Of a stretch of DNA of 64,000 nucleotides, positions 19,168 to 27,427 are shown one piece after another. The translations under genes and the position numbers were made by a program. Every line of letters starts with the position of its first letter. Position 1 is the stretch's first letter. Under the pieces are notes generated by a model. It was given only the letters and a program-made list of their open reading frames with translations. It was not told the origin of the DNA and made no database searches. This stretch comes from a virus: positions 1 to 64,000 of IMG/VR virus record IMGVR_UViG_3300028800_000012. One strand, given 5' to 3'.

Positions 19168-19577
19168 TCCCGTCCATTTCGCCATTAGAGCGGCATACGT
19201 TCGTTTTTTGTTCTAATCGGCTACCCCGCATAAGCTCAGCCGCTTTTATCGCATGGGCGGCGTTCTGTGGCGTTTCCAGCGCCCGCCCCGCCGAAGTCCA
19301 GACCGTCGACGGCGGCGTGGTCTGCCTGCGGCCGTTCGAATTGCGCGAAGGCATCGTCGCCGCCAACCGGAACGACCAAGCCTGGCTGCGTGAGCTGGGC
19401 TGTGTGAGGCTATCCGGCGGCATCCGCGCTGTCCTGATCGATCCGAACGCGGCCCCGGCGGCGCCGTGGCAGGTCCGCCTCTACCCGCCCGGCAAGCCGG
19501 ACGGGATCACCGGCTGGGGCTATGCGCCGAGTTTCCAGACCAGGGACGGCAAGCCGTTCTGGCCAGTCGGCCGGTAG
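19164..19577 (+). CDS. Putative secreted hypothetical protein
   Basis: ATG overlaps the cI stop; RISSAAFIAWAAFCGVSSARPAEVQTVDGG signal-like region. Confidence 0.5.
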   Translation: MIPSISPLERHTFVFCSNRLPRISSAAFIAWAAFCGVSSARPAEVQTVDGGVVCLRPFELREGIVAANRNDQAWLRELGCVRLSGGIRAVLIDPNAAPAAPWQVRLYPPGKPDGITGWGYAPSFQTRDGKPFWPVGR

Positions 19578-19639
19578 CGGCGGAACTTTTCCCGGCCGCG
19601 CGCGAATTTTTTCGCTGGACAGCCTACTGTAATTACAAC

Positions 19640-19754
19640 CTCTCCCCGTGGGGAGAGTCTAAGATATTGGAGAGACTATCCTATCTACAGTCTCTCAGTA
19701 TGGATAGACCTTACCATATGGAGAGTCAGTAAGCTTTACCTTATGGAGAGTCAG
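19640..19754. repeat. Intergenic GGAGAG repeat/hairpin cluster
   Basis: CTCTCCCC-GT-GGGGAGAG at 19640-19657; direct repeat TTACC(A/T)TATGGAGAGTCAG at 19711-19729 and 19736-19754 (25-bp period, one mismatch). Confidence 0.7.
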
Positions 19755-20072
19755 ATATCTTATACAACCTCTGTGCCGCGTTGCTGCGCACGCAAATACA
19801 CGGCACTCTAACCAATTCCACGCACTTTTTAACGACACTCTGTTCACGTTTTGTTACATAGCGTTTCAGTGCCGTATCACAGAGACATTAGATCACAAAA
19901 TATTACAATCCATTACATTTAGGCCGTGTTCCTTGGTCTATTCAGCAGGCATTGCCATACGGCACGTCCTCTCCAAAACCGCTATTCAGAAAGGGTTTTT
20001 TGCCGGCGGCGCGGCTGGGCGGGATGCCGCCGTCAACAAAAATCAGGGTCAACCTTAACCGACACACTTTTT

Positions 20073-20105
20073 GGTGTTGACCAATAACACCGTTCCGTGT
20101 ATATC
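20073..20105 (+). promoter_or_regulatory. Putative rightward early promoter with CI-type operator
   Basis: TTGACC (20077-20082), 17-nt spacer, TATATC (20100-20105). Operator ACACCGTTCCGTGT (20087-20100) lies in the spacer; GGTGTT/AACACC arms at 20073-20078 and 20086-20091. Confidence 0.6.
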
Positions 20106-20132
20106 TGGCGTTGTCAATCGGAGACGACGCGA

Positions 20133-20495
20133 ATGACGGGGGTCTTGACCTTTCGTTTCGAGGAACTGCCGTTGGTCGACGAGGGCGGCTTCGAGGCCGG
20201 CTTTGTCGATGGAGAAGCGGAGATATCCTTCTACCCCGAAGGGGAATGGTTCATCCGCTCTATCTCGGTTGAAGCATTGGACTTCAAGTCGGCGGTCATT
20301 CCGAAGCCGACCCGCATGGTCGAGATCGACCGCAACACCGAACTCTACCTGAACATCTTCGACAACTTGGAGCGGGGCCGCTTCCGCGACGCCATCGAAA
20401 GCGATGTGCAGACGGCGCTCGCATCGGCAGCGGAAGACGAGGCCGCTGGTCGCGGCGATGCCGGCCACAAGCGGCACAAGGCGGAGGCGATGTGA
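20133..20495 (+). CDS. Hypothetical early protein
   Basis: MTGVLTFRFEELPLVDEGGFEAGFVDGEAEISFYPEGEW..., first gene of the rightward operon. Confidence 0.6.
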   Translation: MTGVLTFRFEELPLVDEGGFEAGFVDGEAEISFYPEGEWFIRSISVEALDFKSAVIPKPTRMVEIDRNTELYLNIFDNLERGRFRDAIESDVQTALASAAEDEAAGRGDAGHKRHKAEAM

Positions 20496-20728
20496 TGGCG
20501 TTGTCACCGAAAACCGAAGCCGCGCTGGACGACCTTGAGTCCAACAGCCGCGAACTCGGCTTTGTGCGCGGCCTCGCGACGGCCGCCGAACTCGTCGCCG
20601 CTGCCGGCCAGATCGGACTGTCGATGCAGATCGCGATCCTGACCATGCGCCCGGAACTGGCGCACCTCGACGCGGAGTCCAGAAAGATTGCGACGCGGCT
20701 CGCAAAACAGAGCGGAGCCGCCGCATGA
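20492..20728 (+). CDS. Hypothetical protein
   Basis: ATGA-overlapping ORF, LDDLESNSRELGFVRGLATAAELVAAAGQI.... Confidence 0.55.
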   Translation: MMALSPKTEAALDDLESNSRELGFVRGLATAAELVAAAGQIGLSMQIAILTMRPELAHLDAESRKIATRLAKQSGAAA

Positions 20729-20735
20729 AACGTCG

Positions 20736-21918
20736 CATGCTTATCCGGTTAACGCACACAAACGCTGAGGCATACTAGATGTTGATGCCAGAAACTCTTG
20801 ATCTTTTCAGCGGAGCTGTCGGCGGATGGTCGCTCGGAATGCACCGCGCCGGATTTCGCACCGTCGCGGCCTGCGAAGCCGACCCATGGAGACGCGCCGT
20901 CTATGCCCACAACAATCCGGGAATCCCGATCTACGACGATGTCAGAACCGTCACGGCAGATCGACTTCGGATCGATCTTGGAGAGCTTCCGCCCGTCATC
21001 GTCGGAAGCCCTCCCTGTCAGGACGCCAGCAGCGCCAACACAAAGGGGCGCGGCGTCGATGGCGAGCGCACGGGCCTCTTCTTCGAAGCAATCCGCATCG
21101 TCCGAGAATGCCGACCTCGCTGGGCGGCTTTTGAGAACAGCCCTATGCTCCGAACTCGGGGCTATGACCGGCTCTACGATGCGTTTCAGCAAGCGGGATA
21201 CGCCTGCTGGCCGCTCGTGGTGGGTGCTGACGACCTCGAAGCCCCGCACAAACGAAAGCGCGTCTGGATCATCGCTTTCAACGCCGAAGGCGTCCGACCC
21301 TTATGCTGGCGGTCATGGCGACACCGGCTGGAAGGGATCGCTGGCGCATCAGCTTCGCGGCACGATCCTGACGCCGACATCGATCCAGGGCGAGTTTGGG
21401 CACCGCCTTCGAACGCTGACCGAGACGGCGTTGCCGGACAACGCGCGGCCGAAGCGCCCGAGGAATCTGGACATAGGCAAACTGCCAACGCCGACAGCAC
21501 GGGATCATCGCTCGGGGAAAGCCTCGGAGGCCACGCGCGCGCGCAATTCGAGGCCCTTGAGCGAGCAGTTGGACCAGCGGTCCATGCTTGGAACGGCGGC
21601 GTTGCTCGGCATCTCGGAATGGCTCATGGGCTTGCCGCCCGGCTGGCTGACATCCGCGTGCCTGACCACAAATATCCCGGAGCCACCATCAACGCCGCGA
21701 AGGCGTGCATCTCCGCGCACGGCGACGCCATCCTCCCGCAAATCGCGGAAGCCATCGGACGAAGCATCCTGAGAACCGAAGCGGCGCTGGCCGCCGTTTC
21801 AGGACATTGAACTAAAATGACGCATTCCATCGGGAAACCACATACGAACGTCGTCGATCGAGAGGATTTTACGATGACCACAACATCTAGGGCTGTGTGT
21901 GGCAACCGGATAAGCATG
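20736..21918 (+). mobile_element. Transposase-less mobile cassette carrying a C5 DNA methyltransferase
   Basis: Inverted ends CATGCTTATCCGGTTAACGCACACA (left) and CATGCTTATCCGGTTGCCACACACA (right, reverse complement); flanks AAACGTCG / AAACGTCT (7 of 8 identical). Ends match the two transposase-bearing elements downstream. Confidence 0.75.
20779..21810 (+). CDS. DNA (cytosine-5) methyltransferase
   Basis: LDLFSGAVGGWSLGMHRAGF, GSPPCQDASSAN, WAAFENSP, WPLVVGADDLEAPHKRKRVWII. Confidence 0.9.
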   Translation: MLMPETLDLFSGAVGGWSLGMHRAGFRTVAACEADPWRRAVYAHNNPGIPIYDDVRTVTADRLRIDLGELPPVIVGSPPCQDASSANTKGRGVDGERTGLFFEAIRIVRECRPRWAAFENSPMLRTRGYDRLYDAFQQAGYACWPLVVGADDLEAPHKRKRVWIIAFNAEGVRPLCWRSWRHRLEGIAGASASRHDPDADIDPGRVWAPPSNADRDGVAGQRAAEAPEESGHRQTANADSTGSSLGESLGGHARAQFEALERAVGPAVHAWNGGVARHLGMAHGLAARLADIRVPDHKYPGATINAAKACISAHGDAILPQIAEAIGRSILRTEAALAAVSGH

Positions 21919-22056
21919 AAACGTCTCAACGACTGCGGCTTCCGCGCCTCATCGCCGCACAGTTTCGGCGCCTGTGCGCTGGTTGATTTGGCTTTGATTG
22001 CCGGCGGCATCGTCGCGATCTCAATCGTGCAATGGTTCGTGGGGGCGATGTCGTGA
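21916..22056 (+). CDS. Small membrane protein whose ATG comes from the cassette's terminal CATG
   Basis: MKRLNDCGFRASSPHSFGACALVDLALIAGGIVAISIVQWFVGAMS*. Removing the cassette restores ATGAAACGTCTC directly after the upstream gene (ATGA overlap). Confidence 0.55.
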   Translation: MKRLNDCGFRASSPHSFGACALVDLALIAGGIVAISIVQWFVGAMS

Positions 22057-22280
22057 GCGGCAATCTTCAAATCCTGCCCTGCCCGTTCTGCGGCGGGCCT
22101 GCCGAAGTCGAACAGGTCGGCGTAGGCGATGAATATGTGACGTTCACGGTCGGCTGCAATGAGAGCGGCGGAACTATCGAATGCATGGGGTATCAGTCGC
22201 TTTCGACGTATCCAACGCGTAAGGCGGCCATCGCCGCGTGGAATACGCGCGCTCCGATTCAAATCGGAGCCGCCGCATGA
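22053..22280 (+). CDS. Lar-family restriction alleviation-like protein
   Basis: LPCPFCGGPAEVEQVGVGDEYVTFTVGCNESGGTIECMGYQS...TRKAAIAAWNTRA. Confidence 0.75.
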   Translation: MSGNLQILPCPFCGGPAEVEQVGVGDEYVTFTVGCNESGGTIECMGYQSLSTYPTRKAAIAAWNTRAPIQIGAAA

Positions 22281-22501
22281 CCAAATCCATTACCATGCAG
22301 ATGGCGGCGGACGACGTTGGCCGGATTGCGGAAGCGGTCGATGCTTTAGGAAAGATGCTCGATAGGTTTCATTCCGAGCATGGGCCGATCTTATACGAGG
22401 AATTGGAGCGGGCGTGGCCTGATGCGATGAACTTTGGCGGTCCTGCAGCGCGACCGCTTTATGAACTCGAACGCAAGTGGACGCCGCCGCATGACCAATG
22501 A
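22277..22501 (+). CDS. Hypothetical protein
   Basis: MTKSITMQMAADDVGRIAEAVDALGKMLDRFH..., coupled ORF. Confidence 0.5.
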   Translation: MTKSITMQMAADDVGRIAEAVDALGKMLDRFHSEHGPILYEELERAWPDAMNFGGPAARPLYELERKWTPPHDQ

Positions 22502-22706
22502 CGAAATCGCCCTACGCGGCAAGATCGCCGGTCTGGAATCGTCGGCGCGCATTTACGGCCGCGCCTATGACAGCGCACGCGCCGAATCCAAAGACCTCAC
22601 AGCAACACGAATGCTGCGCTACTTGCGCGATGCAACTGATGCCGAATTGGTGGCGGCGGTGGAAGAACTCGGGCGCATGACGATGACGGAGGACGTGCTG
22701 CAGTGA
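22491..22706 (+). CDS. Hypothetical protein
   Basis: MTNDEIALRGKIAGLESSARIYGRAYDSARAESKDL.... Confidence 0.5.
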   Translation: MTNDEIALRGKIAGLESSARIYGRAYDSARAESKDLTATRMLRYLRDATDAELVAAVEELGRMTMTEDVLQ

Positions 22707-22912
22707 CGCCGCGCCAATCCCGCATCGAATACTTACGCGGCAAACGCGCCATCTACGAGCGCCTGGGCAAGCGGAAGAAGCTTATCAAGATCGATGCGGA
22801 ACTGGAGCCGCTCGTAACGGCAGAACTTGCGGAAGAAAACTTAGCGGCGAGCATCGCCGCCGATTTGGAATGGATCGGCGGCGGATGTGATCGAATGGGA
22901 GAGGCGGCGTGA
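22703..22912 (+). CDS. Hypothetical protein
   Basis: MTPRQSRIEYLRGKRAIYERLGKRKKLIKIDAELEPL..., coupled ORF. Confidence 0.5.
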   Translation: MTPRQSRIEYLRGKRAIYERLGKRKKLIKIDAELEPLVTAELAEENLAASIAADLEWIGGGCDRMGEAA

Positions 22913-23829
22913 GTGAAAGGCTTGGTATCTATTTCGGGCTATCAGAAGCGGACTACTTTTCCGATCCGGCCATCAGTTCGACGGACATCCGACGACTTCT
23001 CAAATCGGCCCCGGACTACTGGTTTCTGTCACCATGGAATCCGTTGAAGCCGTCCGACGATCCGACGCCGAGCCAGTATTTCGGTCGAGCCGTGCATCGT
23101 TTTGTCCTCGAAGGCGAGGCGGCGTTTATGTCGGCATACGCGCCGACAGACTTTCCTGGGAACAGGAAGGAAGGGAAAGCGGAACGAGAGGCTATCGAAG
23201 CGGCTGGAAAGCTGCCGATCAAACGCGACGACTTCAACCGCATCGCGCAGTCGGCGCAGATGATCCGCGCGAATGAACATCTACGAGACGCCTTCCAGAA
23301 CGGGCACCACGAAGTCAGCGTCTTTTGGAAACGGGACGACGGGCTCCGGCTTAAATGCCGGATGGACTATCTCAAAATCCGCGCTGTTACGGATTTGAAG
23401 TCGACGCGCAACACGCGACAACTCGACTTTGCGCAAGCCTGCATCCGGTCCATGTGCGACTACCATTATGAAATCCAGGCGGAGCATTACCTTGAAGGCC
23501 GCCGGGCAGTGCGTGATCTGTGGCGCGACCGGCTCGTCTTTGGCGACCATGACGCCGGCTGGATGAAGAAGGTCGCCAATTCGCACGAAGCGGCCTTCGT
23601 TTTTGTCTTTTGGCAAGCCGAAGGGGCGCCGATTACGTGGTCGTGCTCGCTGTCTCCCGGCAATCCGATTTTGGAGACGGCGCGGCGCGAGATCGAGTTT
23701 GCATTTAGCCGCTATCGAGATTTTGAGAGCCGCTTCGGCCTCAATGCGCCGTGGGTACTGCTCGACCCGGTGAAGGAATTGTCGGCCGATGAATTGCCGG
23801 CGTGGGCGATGGTGAACAGGGCGGCATAG
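22909..23829 (+). CDS. RecE/exodeoxyribonuclease VIII-like PD-(D/E)XK nuclease
   Basis: SSTDIRRLLKSAPDYWFLSP, GRAVHRFVLEGEAAF, CRMDYLKIRAVTDLKSTRN, FAQACIRSMCDYHYEIQAEHYLEG. Confidence 0.85.
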   Translation: MSERLGIYFGLSEADYFSDPAISSTDIRRLLKSAPDYWFLSPWNPLKPSDDPTPSQYFGRAVHRFVLEGEAAFMSAYAPTDFPGNRKEGKAEREAIEAAGKLPIKRDDFNRIAQSAQMIRANEHLRDAFQNGHHEVSVFWKRDDGLRLKCRMDYLKIRAVTDLKSTRNTRQLDFAQACIRSMCDYHYEIQAEHYLEGRRAVRDLWRDRLVFGDHDAGWMKKVANSHEAAFVFVFWQAEGAPITWSCSLSPGNPILETARREIEFAFSRYRDFESRFGLNAPWVLLDPVKELSADELPAWAMVNRAA

Positions 23830-23838
23830 GGACGCAAC

Positions 23839-24894
23839 ATGTCAAACGCTGAAATTCTCGATGAGGCAGAAGACGCCCCGTCTACCTCAATAGACGTGAC
23901 CGATGCGTCGCTGGCGGTCGGGCTGACCCGCGCCGAAATTGACACGCAGATCGCAACGGCGCGCAAGTTTCCGCGGCACCTCAGGGCCGTGCAAAACCGG
24001 CTGATGTCATACGTCACGCTCGACGAGGAGACGGCCGCAGAGTGTTTATACGCGCTACCCAGAGCAGGGAAGCCCATCAAGGGGCCGAGCATCCGGTTTG
24101 CCGAAGCTCTGAAAGCGTCGTTCGGCAATTGTCGCGCCGCAGCTCGTGTGGTGCATGTCGACCGCACGGAGAAAGTCGTCATCGCCCAAGGCGTGTTTCA
24201 TGACCTGGAGACGAACTCGGCGAGTTCGGCGGAAGTTCGCCGCCGCATCGTCGACAAGCGGGGCCGCATCTACAACGACGATATGATCAACGTCACTGGC
24301 AACGCCGCATGTTCGATCGCGCTGCGTAATGCGATCCTAGGCGGCGTCCCGAAGGCGTTATGGCGCGGCGCTTATGCGTCGGTGGAGAGCATCGTCACTG
24401 GCGACTTGGCTACGCTCTCTGTCACGCGCGACAAGGCCGTAAAGGCTCTCGCTGCGTTCGGCGCAACACCGGAGCAAGTCTTCGCTGCGCTTGGCGTCGG
24501 GAGCGCGGAAGAAATCGCTGCCGAGCACATCCCTATCCTGCGTGGCATGTTTGCCGCTCTTAAGAACGGTGAGGCGACGGCGGAGGAAATGTTCGCCAAG
24601 GTTACGACGGAGCCGGCGCATGCCGTTGTTGCAAATCCACTCAGCGACGCGGCGCCGGTCGAACAACTTGCATCGGAACCATCGAAAGAGGATGCCCCGG
24701 CACAGAAGAAAGACGCGCCGCCCGCCGATCTTCTCGTCGAATACGACAAGGCATTTCTAGCCTGCAAGACAGCCGAAGCGCATACAGAAGTCGTCGAACG
24801 GTTTGCGGCGCGGATAGGAGAATTGAAAGCGCCGCAGAAGAAGACTGCGGAGGCTATCGCGGCGCGTCATCTGGAGCGGGTGACGGAGGCGTAA
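23839..24894 (+). CDS. Recombination-associated protein, candidate single-strand annealing protein
   Basis: Follows the RecE-like exonuclease; YALPRAGKPIKGPSIRFAEALKASFGNCRAAARVVHVDRTEKVVIAQGVFHDLETN core and an Ala/Glu/Lys-rich tail. Confidence 0.5.
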   Translation: MSNAEILDEAEDAPSTSIDVTDASLAVGLTRAEIDTQIATARKFPRHLRAVQNRLMSYVTLDEETAAECLYALPRAGKPIKGPSIRFAEALKASFGNCRAAARVVHVDRTEKVVIAQGVFHDLETNSASSAEVRRRIVDKRGRIYNDDMINVTGNAACSIALRNAILGGVPKALWRGAYASVESIVTGDLATLSVTRDKAVKALAAFGATPEQVFAALGVGSAEEIAAEHIPILRGMFAALKNGEATAEEMFAKVTTEPAHAVVANPLSDAAPVEQLASEPSKEDAPAQKKDAPPADLLVEYDKAFLACKTAEAHTEVVERFAARIGELKAPQKKTAEAIAARHLERVTEA

Positions 24895-25146
24895 ATGAAG
24901 AAATGCCAGGATTGCAAATGGTGTTCCGAACCTGGACGGTTTGCCAAATGTAATGCGCCGCAAAATAGGACTACGCGCGGCTGGGATTCTGGGGTTTCAC
25001 TCGTCGCTGACGGGCTGGTGCCGGAAGACGTGCGACGATGGGAGCATTGCGCAGTCCACCGCAATTGCGGGTGGATCGGCGCACGCATAACGAATTCGTG
25101 CGGACGTGAGGCCCGGTGGTTCGTCAATGCACAGACAGTGCCATGA
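24895..25146 (+). CDS. Cys-rich hypothetical protein
   Basis: MKKCQDCKWCSEPGRFAKCNAP...CAVHRNCGWIG. Confidence 0.55.
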   Translation: MKKCQDCKWCSEPGRFAKCNAPQNRTTRGWDSGVSLVADGLVPEDVRRWEHCAVHRNCGWIGARITNSCGREARWFVNAQTVP

Positions 25147-25586
25147 TCCTCGCCGCGCATATCCTAACCATCAACGGACATCCATATTCGGTCCATTGCA
25201 TCGGTGCCGAAGGATCGGAAGTCGTCTGTCAAATCGGGCCGGCACTGGTACGGCCGGATGGATGGAGAATCCCCGAAGGCTTGCCGCGCACGCATCGCCA
25301 ATGCGTGAATTGGGGATTGCCGATGCGAGAGCTATTGGCGGCAGTGCTTCGCATGTCGGAACTTGCGAACGTGTTCGTGGCCCACGACTTCGCCGAACTC
25401 GACGCCAACATGCGGACATGGGCGGCTGGCGATAAGGCTTTGGCGGCGAGGCTTGATCCGTGGACAAGGCCAGGCCCAGAGCGCGTCGATACGGCGCCGA
25501 TGATTTTGGAGGCGCAGCCGAAAGACGCCGCCGATGTGCTTGCCGCCTATTTCAAAATGCGCGAGTCTGGAGGGATGGCCGCATGA
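25143..25586 (+). CDS. Possible DnaQ-like 3'-5' exonuclease (divergent or partial)
   Basis: GLPRTHRQCVNWGLPMRELLAAVLRMSELANVFVAHDFAELDANM resembles the second exonuclease motif region; the first DxE motif is not evident. Confidence 0.35.
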   Translation: MILAAHILTINGHPYSVHCIGAEGSEVVCQIGPALVRPDGWRIPEGLPRTHRQCVNWGLPMRELLAAVLRMSELANVFVAHDFAELDANMRTWAAGDKALAARLDPWTRPGPERVDTAPMILEAQPKDAADVLAAYFKMRESGGMAA

Positions 25587-26005
25587 AACGTAAAAGACCG
25601 TTCATGCCTCTTGCTGTGAAGTTGGAGGCGGCGATTCTCCAATTGGGTCTTAACCCGCGTGCCGTCGAGTATCACCACGACCCGGAACTAGAAGTTCGAC
25701 CGTTCGACCCGATAACGAATCAATACTCCCCGGCAGCGAATGATGCGAAATATATTCGCGTGGTGAGTGTCGCCGAGCACGCTAACATCACTAACAAAGA
25801 CAACGGCACCGGACGATCTTCAAAAACTCTCGTGGCGCATGTGCGGCGCTCCGTTTCCGAGCATCAGCGGCATACAATTGCGATGGCGGCCAAGGTTCTT
25901 GGAACGCCAGCACCGCAAGATGATAAGCCGAGAAGAAAATGGGCGACCCGCAAGTTCAACTCGAAGGGACGAAATCCTATGCGCGGAAAGTCAGCCAAAC
26001 AATAG
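25583..26005 (+). CDS. HNH-like endonuclease-related protein
   Basis: YHHDPELEVRPFDPITNQYSPAANDAKYIRVVSVAEHANITNKDNGTG is similar in layout to phage HDPaL...NDP...EHxxKT proteins. Confidence 0.5.
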   Translation: MKRKRPFMPLAVKLEAAILQLGLNPRAVEYHHDPELEVRPFDPITNQYSPAANDAKYIRVVSVAEHANITNKDNGTGRSSKTLVAHVRRSVSEHQRHTIAMAAKVLGTPAPQDDKPRRKWATRKFNSKGRNPMRGKSAKQ

Positions 26006-26035
26006 TAACAGCCACAGCATGCGATTTATGAGAAA

Positions 26036-26632
26036 ATGACCGATCCGTTCCACAATCTCCCCAAAGGCCACTTCGACGCGATCCTTGCGGACCCGCCGTG
26101 GTCGTTTGAGGTTTGGTCCGGCAAGGGAAAAGCCCGCTCAGCCGAAAACCATTACGACACCATGACCATGCGCGAGATTGCACGGCTTCCTGTCGATGAA
26201 GTGGCCGCTCCAGATTGCGCGCTGTTCATGTGGTGCTGCTGGCCGTCGATTGGTGACGCGCTACGCATCATTGACGCATGGGGTTTCACCTACAAGACGT
26301 GCGCCTTCTCTTGGATGAAGGCAGATCCATGCCGGCTCTTTGCCGACGATAAAACGCCGTTCGCCGGCATGGGCTACTGGACACGCGCCAATACCGAGCC
26401 GTGTTTGCTGGCAACGCGAGGGAAGCCCAAGCGAATAAACGCTGACGTTCGCCAGGGCATCATTGCCCCGCGCCGCGAGCACAGCCGCAAGCCTGACGAG
26501 ATTCATGAGCGCGTTGAGCGCCTAGTCAGCGGTCCTTATCTGGAGCTGTTCGCCCGCGCGCCGCGCGACAGTTGGACCGTCTGGGGAAACCAAACCGACA
26601 AGTTTTCTCCGGTGACGGAGGCGGCCGAATGA
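26036..26632 (+). CDS. MT-A70 family adenine-specific methyltransferase
   Basis: ILADPPWSFEVWSG, ENHYDTMTMREIARLPV, LFMWCCWPSIGDAL, YWTRANTEPCLLATRG. Confidence 0.9.
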   Translation: MTDPFHNLPKGHFDAILADPPWSFEVWSGKGKARSAENHYDTMTMREIARLPVDEVAAPDCALFMWCCWPSIGDALRIIDAWGFTYKTCAFSWMKADPCRLFADDKTPFAGMGYWTRANTEPCLLATRGKPKRINADVRQGIIAPRREHSRKPDEIHERVERLVSGPYLELFARAPRDSWTVWGNQTDKFSPVTEAAE

Positions 26633-26766
26633 GAACCTACGTCGTCAAATACATCACCGCCGACGACTGCCCGCTTTACGACCTGCTTGGGTGGAAGATC
26701 ACATTTTACGGAACGCGAAGCTGCATCGGGCCGTGCTTCATCGCATCGTTCTTATGCAGAAAGTAA
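26629..26766 (+). CDS. Small hypothetical protein
   Basis: MRTYVVKYITADDCPLYDLLGWKITFYGTRSCIGPCFIASFLCRK, ATGA overlap. Confidence 0.4.
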   Translation: MRTYVVKYITADDCPLYDLLGWKITFYGTRSCIGPCFIASFLCRK

Positions 26767-26932
26767 GTCATCCAGCGAACAAGCCGCGTATCTAACGGAG
26801 AGAACCATGCCTATCCGGTTGCGTCCCACGCATACCTCCTGTTGTACCTATGCAATCTATCCGGTTTACTCCCACAAAGCCCCGTGCCATAAATGAGGGG
26901 TAGGGCGAGGGACGCCCGATAGGGAGAGACAG

Positions 26933-27172
26933 ATGGCCACCGATTACAGCCCCGCCGAACTTAAGCAGATCGCCCAGATCGGCGAGGACCAGCACGTCGG
27001 ACTGTTGACCGCCTGCGGCATCCACCAAGACAACGCCCGCAAGATCATCGCCATGTCGGATGACGTGCTGGCCCAGGGGATTGCGGCGGTCGAGGGGCGG
27101 CCCAACAAGACCCCGGCGCAAGAGGCCATGATTGCCGCTGGCCGCCGTGAATTGACGATCCGTCAGGCATAG
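26933..27172 (+). CDS. Hypothetical cargo protein
   Basis: MATDYSPAELKQIAQIGEDQHVGLLTACGIHQDNARKIIAMSDD..., inside element 2. Confidence 0.55.
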   Translation: MATDYSPAELKQIAQIGEDQHVGLLTACGIHQDNARKIIAMSDDVLAQGIAAVEGRPNKTPAQEAMIAAGRRELTIRQA

Positions 27173-27181
27173 GAGGATTGC

Positions 27182-27427
27182 ATGACCAACATCAGTAAGG
27201 CCGCCCGGATTGCCCGGATGTACGAGGCCATCCGGCATCTTGAGACCGCTATCCGGGCCTATGAGCAGGGCGACGATGACGGATCGGTCGCGATTGACCC
27301 GGCTATCACCGGATCGGAGGTTTTTGTCGCGATGTTTGAGGCCCCCAACGGGCCAGTCAGCCTCGCGGCTGCCGCTGCGGCAATCCAAGCCGCGACCATC
27401 GGCTACGAGCATGAGCGGGGCGAGTAA
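27182..27427 (+). CDS. Hypothetical cargo protein
   Basis: MTNISKAARIARMYEAIRHLETAIRAYEQGDDDG..., inside element 2. Confidence 0.55.
   Translation: MTNISKAARIARMYEAIRHLETAIRAYEQGDDDGSVAIDPAITGSEVFVAMFEAPNGPVSLAAAAAAIQAATIGYEHERGE

Noticed and set aside
20798-21772. 324-aa alternative-frame ORF inside the methyltransferase
   Set aside because: Overlaps a C5-MTase with all main catalytic motifs; Ser/Arg-rich shadow composition.
20779-21810. Restriction-modification system
   Set aside because: No endonuclease gene lies beside the methyltransferase, and the mobile cassette holds only this full-length gene.
26806-26896. Conserved leader peptide M(L/P)IRL...THT seen at 20736 and 26806
   Set aside because: The peptide similarity is a by-product of the shared terminal inverted repeat DNA of the mobile elements, which also occurs in the reverse orientation at 21918 and 28887.
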